DNA from: Botryllus schlosseri
Taxonomy: Eukaryota
Length of the DNA: 64,000 bases
Assembly: GCA_051294905.1 (NCBI GenBank)
Contig: CM119372.1
Coordinates: 18,664,001-18,728,000 of the forward strand
Direction of reading: 5' to 3'
Part shown: in pieces, positions 1 to 11,621 of the stretch
How positions within the stretch are numbered: the stretch's first letter is position 1
How the letters are laid out: each line of letters starts with the position of its first letter
Position numbers and translations under genes: made by a program
The notes under the pieces: generated by a model
The model's database searches: none
Told to the model about the DNA's origin: nothing
The model's input: only the letters and a program-made list of their open reading frames with translations

Positions 1-923
1 AAAAGCCAAATCCGTGCGATTGGGGTGTTGGCTACTGCTGTATAATTTGTTAACGGAGTAATATCGGTAGCAAGTAGAGAAACCCGTTTTACACTCTGCC
101 CAATATCAACGTAGCAAATAGCAATACTCAGACGCCGAATACATTGTCCGGTCTGGCCGAGACCGTTACGGCGTAAGCTTGTATTCCCTTGCAAGTCCTC
201 GTCGAAATTGTTGTCAAAGCGACGGAAGATATTGATTTTATGGGATTAATTATCATTTGTTTGCTCCAGTTGATACATTTGGCGACGTTTAATACGTCAT
301 TATCCCCTTCAGCATTGTGGCATTATGTGGCCCGAGTCGTCGCTAGGTATCGTGTACATTAATATCGGTTATCACTTCACTGAAATGTAGGGTTGGAATT
401 AGCAATATGACGTCACGTGACGTCATGAGGTTCACGTTCGTGTTCACACAGAACCTTTCAAAAAGGTTCGCGTTCACACGAACCTGAACCTTTCAGAGGT
501 TCACACCATCCCTAGTACCAAGTATAGAAACCCGTTTTACGCTCTGCTCGATATCAACGTAGCAATACTCAGACGCCGAATACATTGTCGTATGGCTTAT
601 ATTCCCTTGCAAGTCCTCGTCAAAATTGTTGGCAAAGCGACGGAAGATATAGATTTCATGGGGTTATTATATAATTTGATTGCTCCAGTTGATACATTTA
701 GCGACGTTTCAAAGGTCAATATGTACTTCAGCATTGTGGCATTATGGGGCCCGAATCGTCGCTAGGCATGGTGTACAACTGCGCGTACATTAATATAGGC
801 TTTGGAATTAGCAATATGACGTCACGTGACGCCATGAGGTTCACGTTCGCGTTCACACAGAACCTTTCAAAAATGATCGTGTTCACACGAACCTGAGCCA
901 TTCAGAGGTGCACACCATCCCTA
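1..923. mobile_element. Two tandem copies of one terminus of a TAGGGATGGTGTGAAC-type (hAT-like) MITE with GTTCAC/GAACC subterminal motifs
   Basis: Units ~70-514 and ~519-923 are direct repeats, both ending ...cacaccatcccta. Both are reverse-complement homologues of 8452-8870. Confidence 0.75.
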
Positions 924-2794
924 GTAAGCTCCAATCTATACTCTGGTACCTTCCCCCATCACCTTCAGATATTGAAAGAAATTTTCTCCTTGCTCATCGC
1001 TGACTATGCCAATGTTTTCCGCCAAATTAGCGAGATGGCTTTGTCGAAATGCTTTGTATTTTGATGCTTGCATATGTTGCAGATGAGTTCGCTGCAGCTT
1101 CTAATATAGCTTATGGGCAATTTCGATACAATTCTATGTCTATGTATTCCCAAGCAATATCATAACAACATTTTCAATTGATAACCAAGCATTTCTTCCA
1201 AATCTGAGATTGACCCACTGGAACGCTAATCTGTGATGAGTTGCAGAATTTATGAACCAATAAATGCACCAGTAATACATTTTGTATAATGACAGGCGAG
1301 TAGCGGTCAAAGTGAGGTTATAGACGGAAAACTGGCTTTCATTTGACAATTCTAAACCGGATATTTTCATAGGGTCAAACTTTATGCATGGGGCTGGATA
1401 ATAATTATTTCTCTCTCAATTAGTGGCTCTTCTAAAATGTTGCGATCAACAGATTCAAGGTCAAATTTCGGAGGCTAGTTCCTCATAACCTAGTGCTTTT
1501 TTAGTTGTCTGCTGTACTGTATACCACATACACATATAACAGTAGTACATGCGTATCATTGGTGTCTGACCGCACAGAAAACATAATATTTCAAATTCGG
1601 CACGTATGATCCAATCGAGCTTGTGATAATGCAACAATTCAATTTTCTGTATTTCTTACGAAGACTAACTGGGTGTGCAATTGTTACTGCACCGTAGGGA
1701 TCCTTTTTGAGCTGTCAATAGAGATTTGCCATTCACTTGAGTTGTAATTCGGAATTTCAAATACCTCCACTAACCCATGGTATCAGTATATCATGTCAAT
1801 GCCGGTATCACGGCAATACAAAAAGCTACCGAAATTAGGCCACGGTGAAAAGTCTGCTTCTCCTGATCGAAAGTGAGATCCTTCTCTACCTTGCCAAGTA
1901 ATCTTTTCTCACTCCGTAAGGATAGTAAAAGTTCTGAAATTTTTTATTTCAAGTCCATTCCAAGCCTATGTCAGATCATTAACTTGCGTTGATGACTACA
2001 CTACTTTCTGAATCATCTTCAATTTCTAACTCTTCATCATTACGCCTGCTATCTCTAAGATCGTCATCTCGATCGAAATCTTCGAGGGTACAGGAGTTAG
2101 TCACACTGGATCAGCTGAATGAGGCATTGGACGTATAGCTGACAGTAAATATCATGTTTGTTTGTTTTTCTTGCCATATCCTGCATTTTGCATCAAATCT
2201 GTGTCTAAAATTTCCTTGGATGATTACATCCTCTAATGAAAAATGGACTAAAGCATCGCCCTATATCGCTACCAGTACGTTTTTGTCTAATAATTCAATT
2301 GATCCCTTTGGTGTAAAACTTAATATATAATAGAAGTGTGGATTTCTATAAGGTATCGAAAAGCATAATGGCTAAATTCGTGAAAATTTGCACATTTCGG
2401 GCATATGCTGTAGAGCAGAGGTGGGCAACCTTTTTGGCGTCCACGGCCGCATTTCGAATACTTCGGCGCCATACGGCCGCCAGCCATATGTGAGTTGACT
2501 AAAAAAATCTCAATCTTCCGTTTTGAATCCCGAAATACCCGTTAACGTTATTTGGGTTGATAAAGTCAACCATACCCATTGTCGTCGCGAATGCCGAAAT
2601 CCACATTTCACGCCACTTTAGTGCAATCCACAAGCATAAAGACGCGGTATAATTGCCTACGAAGACATTTGGCCGCCCTCGGAGGACATTTTAGCTTTGT
2701 TTAAAAACTTAATTTCTACTAATCTTATCATATCTAATAAATACCAAACATATTTTGAAACGAATATATTTAAGGAAAGTCTCTAACATTGAAA

Positions 2795-4612
2795 TCAGTG
2801 ACTTCCTTGATTTTGCATACGAGATGACAAACTTGCAAAATTGGGAACCTCACGCGACACCATAAGTCTTAGTTGCGACTCTAGGTTTCCGTTCAGTAAG
2901 CGAGTTCGGTACTCGTTTTTCAGGTATTTCATTTGCGAAAAGGCAGACTCGCAAACGTAAGTGCTTCCGAAAATAACAAGAGTTTCTCTAGCCAATTCTC
3001 GCAAAAGTGGATATTCATGGGCCATTTTCCACGTGTCAATCAAATTCTCCTCGCACTTGAACTTTGTCACAAGCTGCTCATCATTCTTCAATTCCAACAG
3101 CTCCATCTGAAGGTGTGGCGGTGCACTTTCCGTTTCCACCAGGTGTGGAAAGGCAACAAGTCGTAATGTATGTGATATTTTTTGGAAATCTTTGAAACGA
3201 TCTGCGAAATCCTGCAACACAGTATCAAAAATCCCCGAAAATAAAGTGATAGGAATCTTTTCTACCTTTATTTCGCAGCTGTCGATGAGAGACTTAAGTT
3301 GTGTAAAATGGAAAAAATCACGCTGCTGAATATGAAGTTTGAGGAGACGACATTTGTCACGAAAATCCGATACTTTTTTGTACATGGTGCATATCGTTGC
3401 TTCTTTTCCTTGTAGGCTTCGGTTTAAAATGTTAACATGGGACAGAAAATCCACAAGAAACGCCAAATATATGACAAAGCTCTCATTTTGTAAGGGGCAG
3501 TCTTTATTTTTTGTGGAATAAAATTCCAGTATTTCTCCTCGCAACTGTAGAACACGACGAGATGTGTCTCCTTGGGACAACCAACGTACTGCGGCGTGGT
3601 AGAGAATGTCTTCTGCCGACGTTTCGCGCTCTTGCAGAAGTTCTTGAAATTGCCTATGATGAAGACCATTTGCACGAATGTACAAGATGATGCGATTGAC
3701 GTCTTTCAGAGTGTCATTTAAGGCAACAGATTTGACACTCAGGGCTTCTTGGTGGATAATACAATGAAGGTTTGTGAGCTGGTTATTATCGTACTCTTTC
3801 GACACGAATTCTGAAAATCTTGTCACAAAGCCATTTGTGTTACCTATCATTGCAGGTGCTCCATCTGTACAATTACCGCGAAGATTTTTCAAGTCTAATC
3901 CATTGCGAATGCAAGCATTCTTAACAGCCCCAAATATGTCTTCACCACGAGTGTGGGTGGAGAGTGTTTCCATTGAGAGCAGATCTTCGCAGAACTCAAA
4001 ATTTGGAGACAGAGAGCGAATGAAGATCAATAGTTGTGCAGAGTCCTTAATGTCAGTCGACTCGTCGATAGCCAGTGAAAATAAAGTTGCTTCCTCATTA
4101 ACCTTTGTCTGTATGGAGATCGTCAACTGTTTGGCAATATCATCTTGCCGACGCTGAATTGTACGACGCGAGAGAGGAATTGGAGAATAATCAGTTTCCT
4201 TACCAGGATGAATGCACCTAACAACGTCCACGAGACATCGCTTATGTAGTTCGCCATCTGAATAAGGCTTTCCCGCTGCACCAAGATGATATGCGACTAT
4301 ATAAGACGCTTCGCACAACTTATTTTTCGACTGAATGAAAGATGATATGCAAGATGTCTGCATTTGCACACTTTTCTTCAAACTTTCGAGACGACTTTTC
4401 CTCGACTCACCCATCATTTTTGCGTACTTGTGTGACTCATGACGACGAAAATGCTGCCTTGCATTATCTCCTTTAACAGTTTTGACCACTTGATTGCATA
4501 TCAGACACATCATAGTATGGGCTGCCGTTTCTACCATAAAATAATCCAACTCCCATTTGATATTAAATGCCCTCTTCTCCTCTGTTACTGTTCTTTTTCG
4601 TTTTACTGACAT
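2795..4612 (-). CDS. hAT transposase (Buster/Charlie; GTF2IRD2/EPM2AIP1/ZBED5-like family), ~605 aa from the first ATG (MSVKRKRT)
   Basis: Uninterrupted ORF with N-terminal basic NLS-like KRKR, C2H2/BED-like finger CLIC...HFRRH, catalytic AIDES, TDGAPAM and CESAFS, plus CIIH (CxxH), VRW and a C-terminal hATC dimerisation region. Confidence 0.93.
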   Translation of the reverse strand: MSVKRKRTVTEEKRAFNIKWELDYFMVETAAHTMMCLICNQVVKTVKGDNARQHFRRHESHKYAKMMGESRKSRLESLKKSVQMQTSCISSFIQSKNKLCEASYIVAYHLGAAGKPYSDGELHKRCLVDVVRCIHPGKETDYSPIPLSRRTIQRRQDDIAKQLTISIQTKVNEEATLFSLAIDESTDIKDSAQLLIFIRSLSPNFEFCEDLLSMETLSTHTRGEDIFGAVKNACIRNGLDLKNLRGNCTDGAPAMIGNTNGFVTRFSEFVSKEYDNNQLTNLHCIIHQEALSVKSVALNDTLKDVNRIILYIRANGLHHRQFQELLQERETSAEDILYHAAVRWLSQGDTSRRVLQLRGEILEFYSTKNKDCPLQNESFVIYLAFLVDFLSHVNILNRSLQGKEATICTMYKKVSDFRDKCRLLKLHIQQRDFFHFTQLKSLIDSCEIKVEKIPITLFSGIFDTVLQDFADRFKDFQKISHTLRLVAFPHLVETESAPPHLQMELLELKNDEQLVTKFKCEENLIDTWKMAHEYPLLRELARETLVIFGSTYVCESAFSQMKYLKNEYRTRLLNGNLESQLRLMVSREVPNFASLSSRMQNQGSH

Positions 4613-5214
4613 ATTGCGATGTAGACCAACTTTATAATGTAATTGGGCTATAAGGAAAAAGTTTCGTCTCAATGTATTATTCTCTTTCCGTTTGCTCAAT
4701 ACACCCACACCCACTCAATGTTATCCGCTTACCAAGGCTTTTATAACTACGGTTCAACCTATCGCAGTATCGCCAATAGGCCCCTCACATTTGGACTTCG
4801 CGACAAGACTGACTAAGCTTAGTCCTTGGTCCTCATACTTAACCGACATTGGCGAAGTGTGACGTAACAATGCAATAAGAAAACGCTAGGCGAAGTCAGC
4901 TTTACCGGCAACCGGTAGTCATGACAAGTGACGACTGGAAATAAAATTATCCAATTCACTGAAGGCGTTACACAGACAATTACGGGTTCATGTTAATGGA
5001 AACTTTCAAGATTGTATAGAAACTCCTTCTGTCCACATACATGAGGATTGGTCAATTTCATAATGGTTGACTCCAATACATACAGATAAGAAGCAGATCT
5101 ATATTTAGCAATCATTATTGTGCCCTCAACTCTCGATAAAGTGCACGATAGTCGCATATTCGTATCGCAGGAAGCCTAATAAGCAAATCTGAAATTGAAG
5201 AACCCGGACGAGGA

Positions 5215-5296
5215 CGGGGCTCGTTCACTTTCGGACCATAAACACATTTTCCCCGTAAGGATGTAGTGAGTTTGGTCCGAAAGTGAACGAGCCCCG
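5215..5296. repeat. 82-bp hairpin with perfect 24-bp arms in the 5' non-coding part of the hAT element
   Basis: CGGGGCTCGTTCACTTTCGGACCA (5215-5238) is the exact reverse complement of TGGTCCGAAAGTGAACGAGCCCCG (5273-5296). Confidence 0.85.
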
Positions 5297-6119
5297 CAGG
5301 TCCGTCTTTTAGTGGGTAGATTGCAGTATTATATTATGTCGATTGAAGCAGCTGGAAACGCAGTCACAGAGTATGAAGTGAAAGAGTTTACCACAGTGAT
5401 TTAACAATACCCTCCATCGTCGTAATAAGTTTTATCATACATGTAACATATGATCCATCAACACACGGCCGCCAGCACATGCATTTCACATCACGCGCTC
5501 ACGGCCGCACAATTATGCCTCCACGGCCGCATGCGGCCGTACGGCCGCAGGTTGCCCACCCCTGCTGTAGAGCAACAACTTGACGTGATAGAAGAAAACC
5601 AGCGACATTTTTGGAATTAGCACATCAAAATTAGCCTAAATCAGGTACTAAATCGAAGTCAACAAATTTGTCGTTCAAAATTAGTGCCCAGTGTAATCCG
5701 CGATTAGCCTACGCAGCCGAAAGTTGAAATTCAAAGAAGTTCTGGAGCACTAAATATTTGTTTACTGTAGTCAGGGGTAAACCCTTTCTTTAAGTTAGTT
5801 ACTGCCGAGCGGGTGGCCGTGTTTAAGGAATATAATTTAAGTCGGTCTTATGACAAAACACGAAGACATAGAATCGGTCAAGGGAGGGTGAATTTCAGAA
5901 GAACTGCAAGCTCGCTCAACAACAAAGGCTATTTCGCCAAGCTGTACACTCCTCAGAAGGCAGCGACCAAGACATTAAGCTTGTAGTATCCCAACTCCAT
6001 TTTAATGTATTGATAGAAAAAACGCGGATAGGGGTTTAAATAGAGCTCAAAATGTACCATGTTTAACATTGTTTCGAAATATGACGGTAAACAAATATAT
6101 ATTTTTTGGTTATGTTCAA

Positions 6120-8410
6120 TTGTCACATGATTAAATGTTGCATGCGGAGGTGTCGTGGTGCTCGATTGTCGCATGATCAAATGTCACACGCGGAAGTGTC
6201 GTGATGCTCGAGTGCCGCATGCCAAACTGCACCATGTCTATGTGGCCCTATGCTCTTGTGCAGGGGTGGGCAACCTGCGGCCGTAGAAGGAAATTTGTGC
6301 GGCCGTGACACGTAATTTAATTAGGCCTACTATTTGTTTGCGGCCGTCGACAGGCCAATTGAATTTACGAAATGATCCCGAATGAGAGATTTTAAGTAAT
6401 CTTGAATTTTTTTTTCGCGCCTTGCGCGATGCAATGCTATATTTATTTTTTCGATTTTATTATAGTAGCGCCCTTTGCAATCTGAACCCCCCAGTACATA
6501 TGCGAACAGCAGAGGAAAATGATGCGCTCCATATATAAGTACCAAGTTGGAATCGTGTGCTCCTCACGAAAGAAATTTGTTTCTGGTACGTTCAGGCGAT
6601 TCCAATCTATTGACACTATAGCCTACCAGCAATCCTGATGGGAGGTCAAGAAATAACAGCATGCAATAAAGTGACTAATAACAATTGGTTCAACCGAAGA
6701 TGCATCATCATGTGCAACTTGCCCTAAATTTCTGGAGACGCTACCTCCATCAACTCCACCAGTAAACCTGATCACATGGACTGATAAATGATAAATATTT
6801 GATGGTAATAGGGAAGATGTGGTACCGATGAGACACTGGGACCGAAAATACTTGAAAAATTCTCTGTGATAATCCCATGATTACAGTACGCGAATTTGTC
6901 TTCAATGGCATGCTGGCAGAATCTTTCCTCACATGCAAAAAACTTCGACCTGCGTGAGTTATGGGATCTGTGACAAATGATTGACGTTTTAGGAGGTGTA
7001 AACTGTAAAGCAAATTTGGATCGACAAATACATTTTTCTATATAACCTTCCAGACTAACAAACCCGCCATCATTTTTGATGTGAAGTATAGGGCTTGTAT
7101 CAGGGTATTTGATGGGACATATTTTTTTGAATCAGTGCCATCCTCGAGTGGACTATTTTCAATTCAATTACAATATTTATATAGGGCTGGGGACCTATGG
7201 TACCATAGCCAAATCAAGCAAAATAGATGGACCAACTAACCATTTAACAACAGAAACACGCCTACATATAGAGAGGCTGTAAATCATAGACCTGTGGCGT
7301 TTTATTGCTATTACGAGGTATTTGAAAGTCAAAATGTAGATATGTATGTGGCATTAATTTTGTAAGTTTGGGCTTAAATCAAAACGTGATTTTGCGCCAT
7401 CATTTGAGTTGATAGAATCTATTCTATTGTTGAAGGTGGCGACGAAACATTCTTCATCGGCTTGCTGCAGCGTAGATTATAGTAAACAACAAAACAAGTT
7501 GACAAATTCGAGTTTTTGAGCGTATGTCTCAAAGGTCCCATGGTCGTGTACCTTATTTGGACCCACCGGATGGGGACCGATGATACGTTCGAGCAACAAA
7601 TTTTAAACGTTTGTAAATATTATTTGAAAAGGCGGATATTCATCTAAATGTCCGCGATAGGTAGAGCTTGTATGGAAGTGTCGAGACAGCCAAATATCTG
7701 CTATTCTCGGCTGAAGATTTGAGGGACATTTGAGGATGTGAGAGATCATTTGGCAATTTTTGATCCATCGGTACCACATCTCCCCTACATGAATCTACTA
7801 GTAACAATGACAAAATTAATTTGTGAATCTGAAAACCATAATTTGCCACAGTACTTATTCAAAACATGTTCACTCGCGATTCCGGTGCGCATAGTATTTT
7901 GATATGAGAATGTAGAATAGCCAAAATTTCACCAGAAATGGACATGGACAGTTTAACATGGGTATTTAGCGCCCAGCTAGCTCATTACGGTTTATGCACT
8001 TGAATGCGGCTGTAGGTTACATAGGTAATCGAAATGCGGCCGTGAATAGCAAAAAGGTTGCCCACCCCTGCTCTTGTGTAACCATGCTCAATGCTCATAT
8101 GAATACATTGTCAAGTGTCCCCATGTGGAATGTGTCCCCATGTTCATGTGTCTCCATATTGCCCATATGTCCCAATGCCGATGTGTCACCATGCCAATAT
8201 ATCCCCACGCCAATGTGTCACCATGCTGAGGTGTCCAAATGCTGTTATGACACCATGTTGATGTGTCCCCGTGCTCATGTGTCATCAATCGTCATGCTAA
8301 TGTGTCCCTACGCTCATGCTTCACCATGATCATGTGTGCCCCCCCCCCCCCCCTATGTTGTTGTGTCGTATGCTCAACAGTCGTTTTTCATTTTGTCGCA
8401 TGCTCAAATG
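6120..8410. repeat. Degenerate ~16-18-bp minisatellite (ATGTGTCCCCATGCTC-like) split by the 6261-8070 insertion
   Basis: Repeat units are visible at ~6120-6260 and ~8080-8410. They generate the spurious Cys/His/Met-rich ORFs at 7994-8454. Confidence 0.7.
6261..8070. mobile_element. Non-autonomous Buster-type hAT element sharing the TIR of the 2416-5564 element
   Basis: TIRs CAGGGGTGGGCAACC / GGTTGCCCACCCCTG; perfect TSD CTCTTGTG (6253-6260, 8071-8078); GCGGCCG subterminal motifs. Homologous in reverse orientation to 33345-34879. Confidence 0.93.
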
Positions 8411-8451
8411 TCGGGCAACCCAACCGGATAGTTGGATATGGTATTGCAGTC

Positions 8452-9789
8452 TAGGGATTGTGTGAACCTCATGACATCACGTGACGTCATATTGCTAATC
8501 CCAACCCTACATTTCAGTGAAGTGATATATATTAATGTACACGGTACCTAGCGACGACTCGGGCCACATAATGCCACAATGCTGAGGTACATACTGACTT
8601 TTTAAACGTCGTCAACTATCAACTGGAGCAATCAAATCATATAATAATCCCATAAAATCAATATCTTGTGTCACTTTACCAACAATTACGACGAGGACTT
8701 GCAAGAGAATATAAGCTTAATACGCCTTCTCGGTCTAGCCCAGACCTGACAATGTACTCGGCTTCTGAGTGTTGCTACGTTGATATTGATGATAGTGTAA
8801 AACGGGTTTTACCCCGTTAACAAGTTATACAGCAGTAGCCAACACCCCAATCGTACGGATTTGGTTTTTATGATATATTAAGCATATGAAATTGAGATGG
8901 ACCACGTACGCTTGCTAGATTTTTTTACATCAAGCAATGATATCAATTTCATTGATTGCTTGAATAAGCATAATTCGCTGACTATACCTACCTACTAGTG
9001 CGGAGCATGGACCGGAGCCGGATTGGATATCCGGCCGGATTTTTACAATTTTGGCCGGACCGGATCGGAGCCGGATCAGTACTTTTTCTGTTACGGCCGG
9101 AGCCGGATCACTACTTTTTTGATCCGGCCAGAATCTTTATGGATAAGCATGACTTTTATAACTATATAACTACCAACCAACCACACGTAAGTAACCTCCA
9201 AGCCAGTGTGAACATAAACGAGGCATATTTATCAATTCACGGAACCTCCGTACCGAGTAGGGCCGGATTTCTGGCCGGGCTTTTTCATTTTTGGCCGGAC
9301 CGGATTGGAGCCGGACCAGTACTTTTCCAGATACGGCCGGAGCCGGACCAGAGAATTGAACAACCGGGTCGGAGCCGGACCAGAGAATTTGTCGATCCGC
9401 TCCGCAGTACTACCTACATGTAGCGTATTTCGCTCTTGATGTTATATGATTTGGGGTCAAGCTCACAGCAGAGAGTCACTAAATATACACAAACAGAAAG
9501 CTGGATATTGCGAGCAAACTTTTGTAACAAAGCAGGTATCATTTTTGAGATTGTAAAGGTGCATGCTCGTTTACTCTTGATTTTTATGCTGCCAGCGCCA
9601 TGCATAGTGGCCCGCAGTTGAAATGCAATAAATTTCAATCAAAGATGTTATAATGACGTGAAAATTGTAATATATGAAAAAGGTTCATGGTGCAGAACCT
9701 ATCAAGGTTCGTTTGTGAACGTGAACTTCTAAATTTCTGAGGTTCGCACACAGAACGCGAACGTGAACCTCACGTTCACACCATCCCTA
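8452..9789. mobile_element. TAGGGAT(G)GTGTGAAC hAT-like MITE containing a nested MITE
   Basis: TIRs TAGGGATTGTGTGAAC / GTTCACACCATCCCTA; GTGAAC/GTTC arrays; same family as 1-923. The flanks (tattgcagtc / tattgcac) only approximate a TSD. Confidence 0.75.
8996..9409. mobile_element. hAT-like MITE with CCGGA subterminal arrays
   Basis: TIRs TAGTGCGGAGC / GCTCCGCAGTA; perfect TSD CTACCTAC (8988-8995, 9410-9417); internal direct duplication of a ~90-bp GGCCGGA-rich block. Confidence 0.9.
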
Positions 9790-9799
9790 TATTGCACCT

Positions 9800-10423
9800 T
9801 ATCCTTTTCAACTTCCTGAGGTTTCGTATTTTATCCTGCATTTTGGCTAATAATTCTGGAATGGGCTACCGCTACATGCGTAGGTTATTAGCAGTTCTAC
9901 GTAGGCGTGAGCGATACAGCGCCTTTATGCATGTGCATATAATCAACTTTTTATTCGTTCCTCGATTCAGAATAAATAGATACTCCATCTGTATTTAAAA
10001 CAGTTAGCATAATGCAGTGGTTCCCAAAGTGGGCGCCAGCGCCCCCTGGGGGCGTTCGCGAGCGTGAAAGGGGCGCTGGCTATGAAATGGGCGATTGGGG
10101 GGCGCTGGCTATAAAATTGGGCGGTAGGGGGCGCTGAGAGAAAACGGCGGCGGTGTAGGTTTAGAAAGCAACTGCTGCGTATACTGCTAAAACGATTGAT
10201 TAATATAGCAGCTAGATTCGCAGTCAAAATGTAGAATCGATTAGGTATAAGGGCAATTTAAGGCCGTCCGTCTATTTATTCAGCTGTACCGGAAAAGTCC
10301 ATTATTATTTGACAATGTTGATACTGCCCATCAATGGACAGGATGGATCGAGTGACTTGACTTGACTCGAGTCAAAATGTGCAATGACTCGTGACTCGAA
10401 GGTAGTGACTTGATCCTAACACT
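9800..10423. mobile_element. Right half of a CAGTGTTGGGAT/GACTCGAGTC MITE carrying a truncated GGGGCG-array hAT MITE (starts 10015)
   Basis: 9850-10014 aligns by eye with 52750-52900. The region ends GACTTGATCCTAACACTG. CAGTGGTTCCCAAA at 10015 has no matching right end. Confidence 0.6.
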
Positions 10424-11521
10424 GGCCTATTCTTGAGTGTTTGTCCAAATACACGAGACTTGAATCAAGTAATACGGAATGTATCGGGCAGTGTTGGGAT
10501 GACTCGAGTCATGACTTGACTCGAAACAACTTTTTCGTATGACTTGACTTGACTCGAGTCACTTTGCAAAAAGGACTTGACTTGGCACTTCAGAAATGTT
10601 TATTGACTCGTGACTCGGAGCAAAATTGTACGTTTCACTGATCCTCGATTGTTACATCACAGATAAATTGACCGCAAACGAAACGATCACAGCTTATACG
10701 TTGTCGTAGTAGCAGTATATTATTAATATAATAGCAACGTGTAGCCTATCTTTGTTTTTAGACGGCTCAGTGCTCACATTTACCAACGCTCTTCTGATTT
10801 AAATTGAACGAATATAGTTTATGCGCTTATATTCTCACGAATCTGCAGATGGGGAGTGTATATTGTACCCAGGGCTGTGGAGTCGGTAAATTTTACCACC
10901 GACTCCGGCTCCGACTCCGACTCCACACATTTTCAATATTCCGACTCCTGAGTCTTTAAATGTACCGACTCCGACTCCTGGGTCTTTGAACGTACCGACT
11001 CCGACTCCAGCATTATTACCAATTTACTTCGAAAATTATATGCCACATTGTCAGTTGAATGACTATCATACAACCATTAAACATATGCAAACATATGATT
11101 AACTGTGGCATGCTAAACTGTTTCATTGTGGCACAGCTCGAATTATCCACTATGCAATTAACATGAAATAAAGATTTGCTAAATATCCTTCCTCATTCAA
11201 GTTTTTATAAAATGAACTCTCTAATATCCTGAAATGAATGAATCATTCAAATATGGCAGATATCCAATCCTGTATAATAAAAATGTAGATAAAAAATTCA
11301 CGTGTAGCTCTTGTGTATGACTCAGCAACTAATAAAGAAATTAAACTTACTAATTTTGTCATTGCACACTATCCTGATTACAAGCACAAACACTCTTACT
11401 ACTAATGATAGACATTGGTCATAAATGGAATTTAGTCAAGTAGTCAAAGACCATAGCCAGACTTGTACAAACTAAACATTTAGTTAGTTGACGGTCAACT
11501 AACTAACAGTTTTTTGAGTAG

Positions 11522-11621
11522 NNNNNNNNNNNNNNNNNNNNNNNNNNNNNNNNNNNNNNNNNNNNNNNNNNNNNNNNNNNNNNNNNNNNNNNNNNNNNNN
11601 NNNNNNNNNNNNNNNNNNNNN
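11522..11621. other. Scaffold gap (100 N)
   Basis: Run of exactly 100 N. Confidence 1.

Larger units (their letters stand above)
2416..5564 (-). mobile_element. Full-length hAT DNA transposon, Buster/Charlie (SPIN-like) family, 3149 bp
   Basis: TIRs CAGAGGTGGGCAACC (2416) and GGTTGCCCACCCCTG (ends 5564). Perfect 8-bp TSD CTGTAGAG at 2408-2415 and 5565-5572 with central TA. CGGCCG subterminal arrays at both ends. Single transposase ORF. Confidence 0.95.
926..5693 (-). pseudogene. Fossil Chapaev3-like (CMC group) transposon with a degraded transposase, interrupted by the hAT at 2416-5564
   Basis: Minus-strand translation across stops and frameshifts gives, in the expected order: H*VMRN*PPKFDLESVDRNILEEPLIEREIII (~1390-1495), GAFIGS*ILQLITD...EENAWLSIENVVMILLGN (~1140-1275), SIKI...SHLANLAENIGIVSDEQGENFFQYLKVM..RYQ (~940-1070). 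These match motifs I recall for Chapaev3 transposases (HW.KK.WP.R, EPL, AW..F..VV..FLGN, HSHLD.FP.NLG.VSDEQGERFHQD....E.RYQG). A putative terminus ...cccagtg|taa lies at 5693. Confidence 0.7.

Noticed and set aside
4613..4714. N-terminal extension of the transposase from the GTG start in the ORF track
   Set aside because: This is a eukaryotic locus, and the first in-frame ATG (4612, MSVKRKR) gives a typical NLS-led start.
7994..8454. Cys/His/Met-rich ORFs resembling metal-binding peptides
   Set aside because: Translation of a degenerate minisatellite plus a MITE end.
8998..9423. 141-aa ORF with internal repeat (FWPDRIGAG..LF..RPEPD), also at 17116-17541
   Set aside because: It coincides exactly with a TIR/TSD-bounded MITE; the repeat comes from CCGGA arrays.
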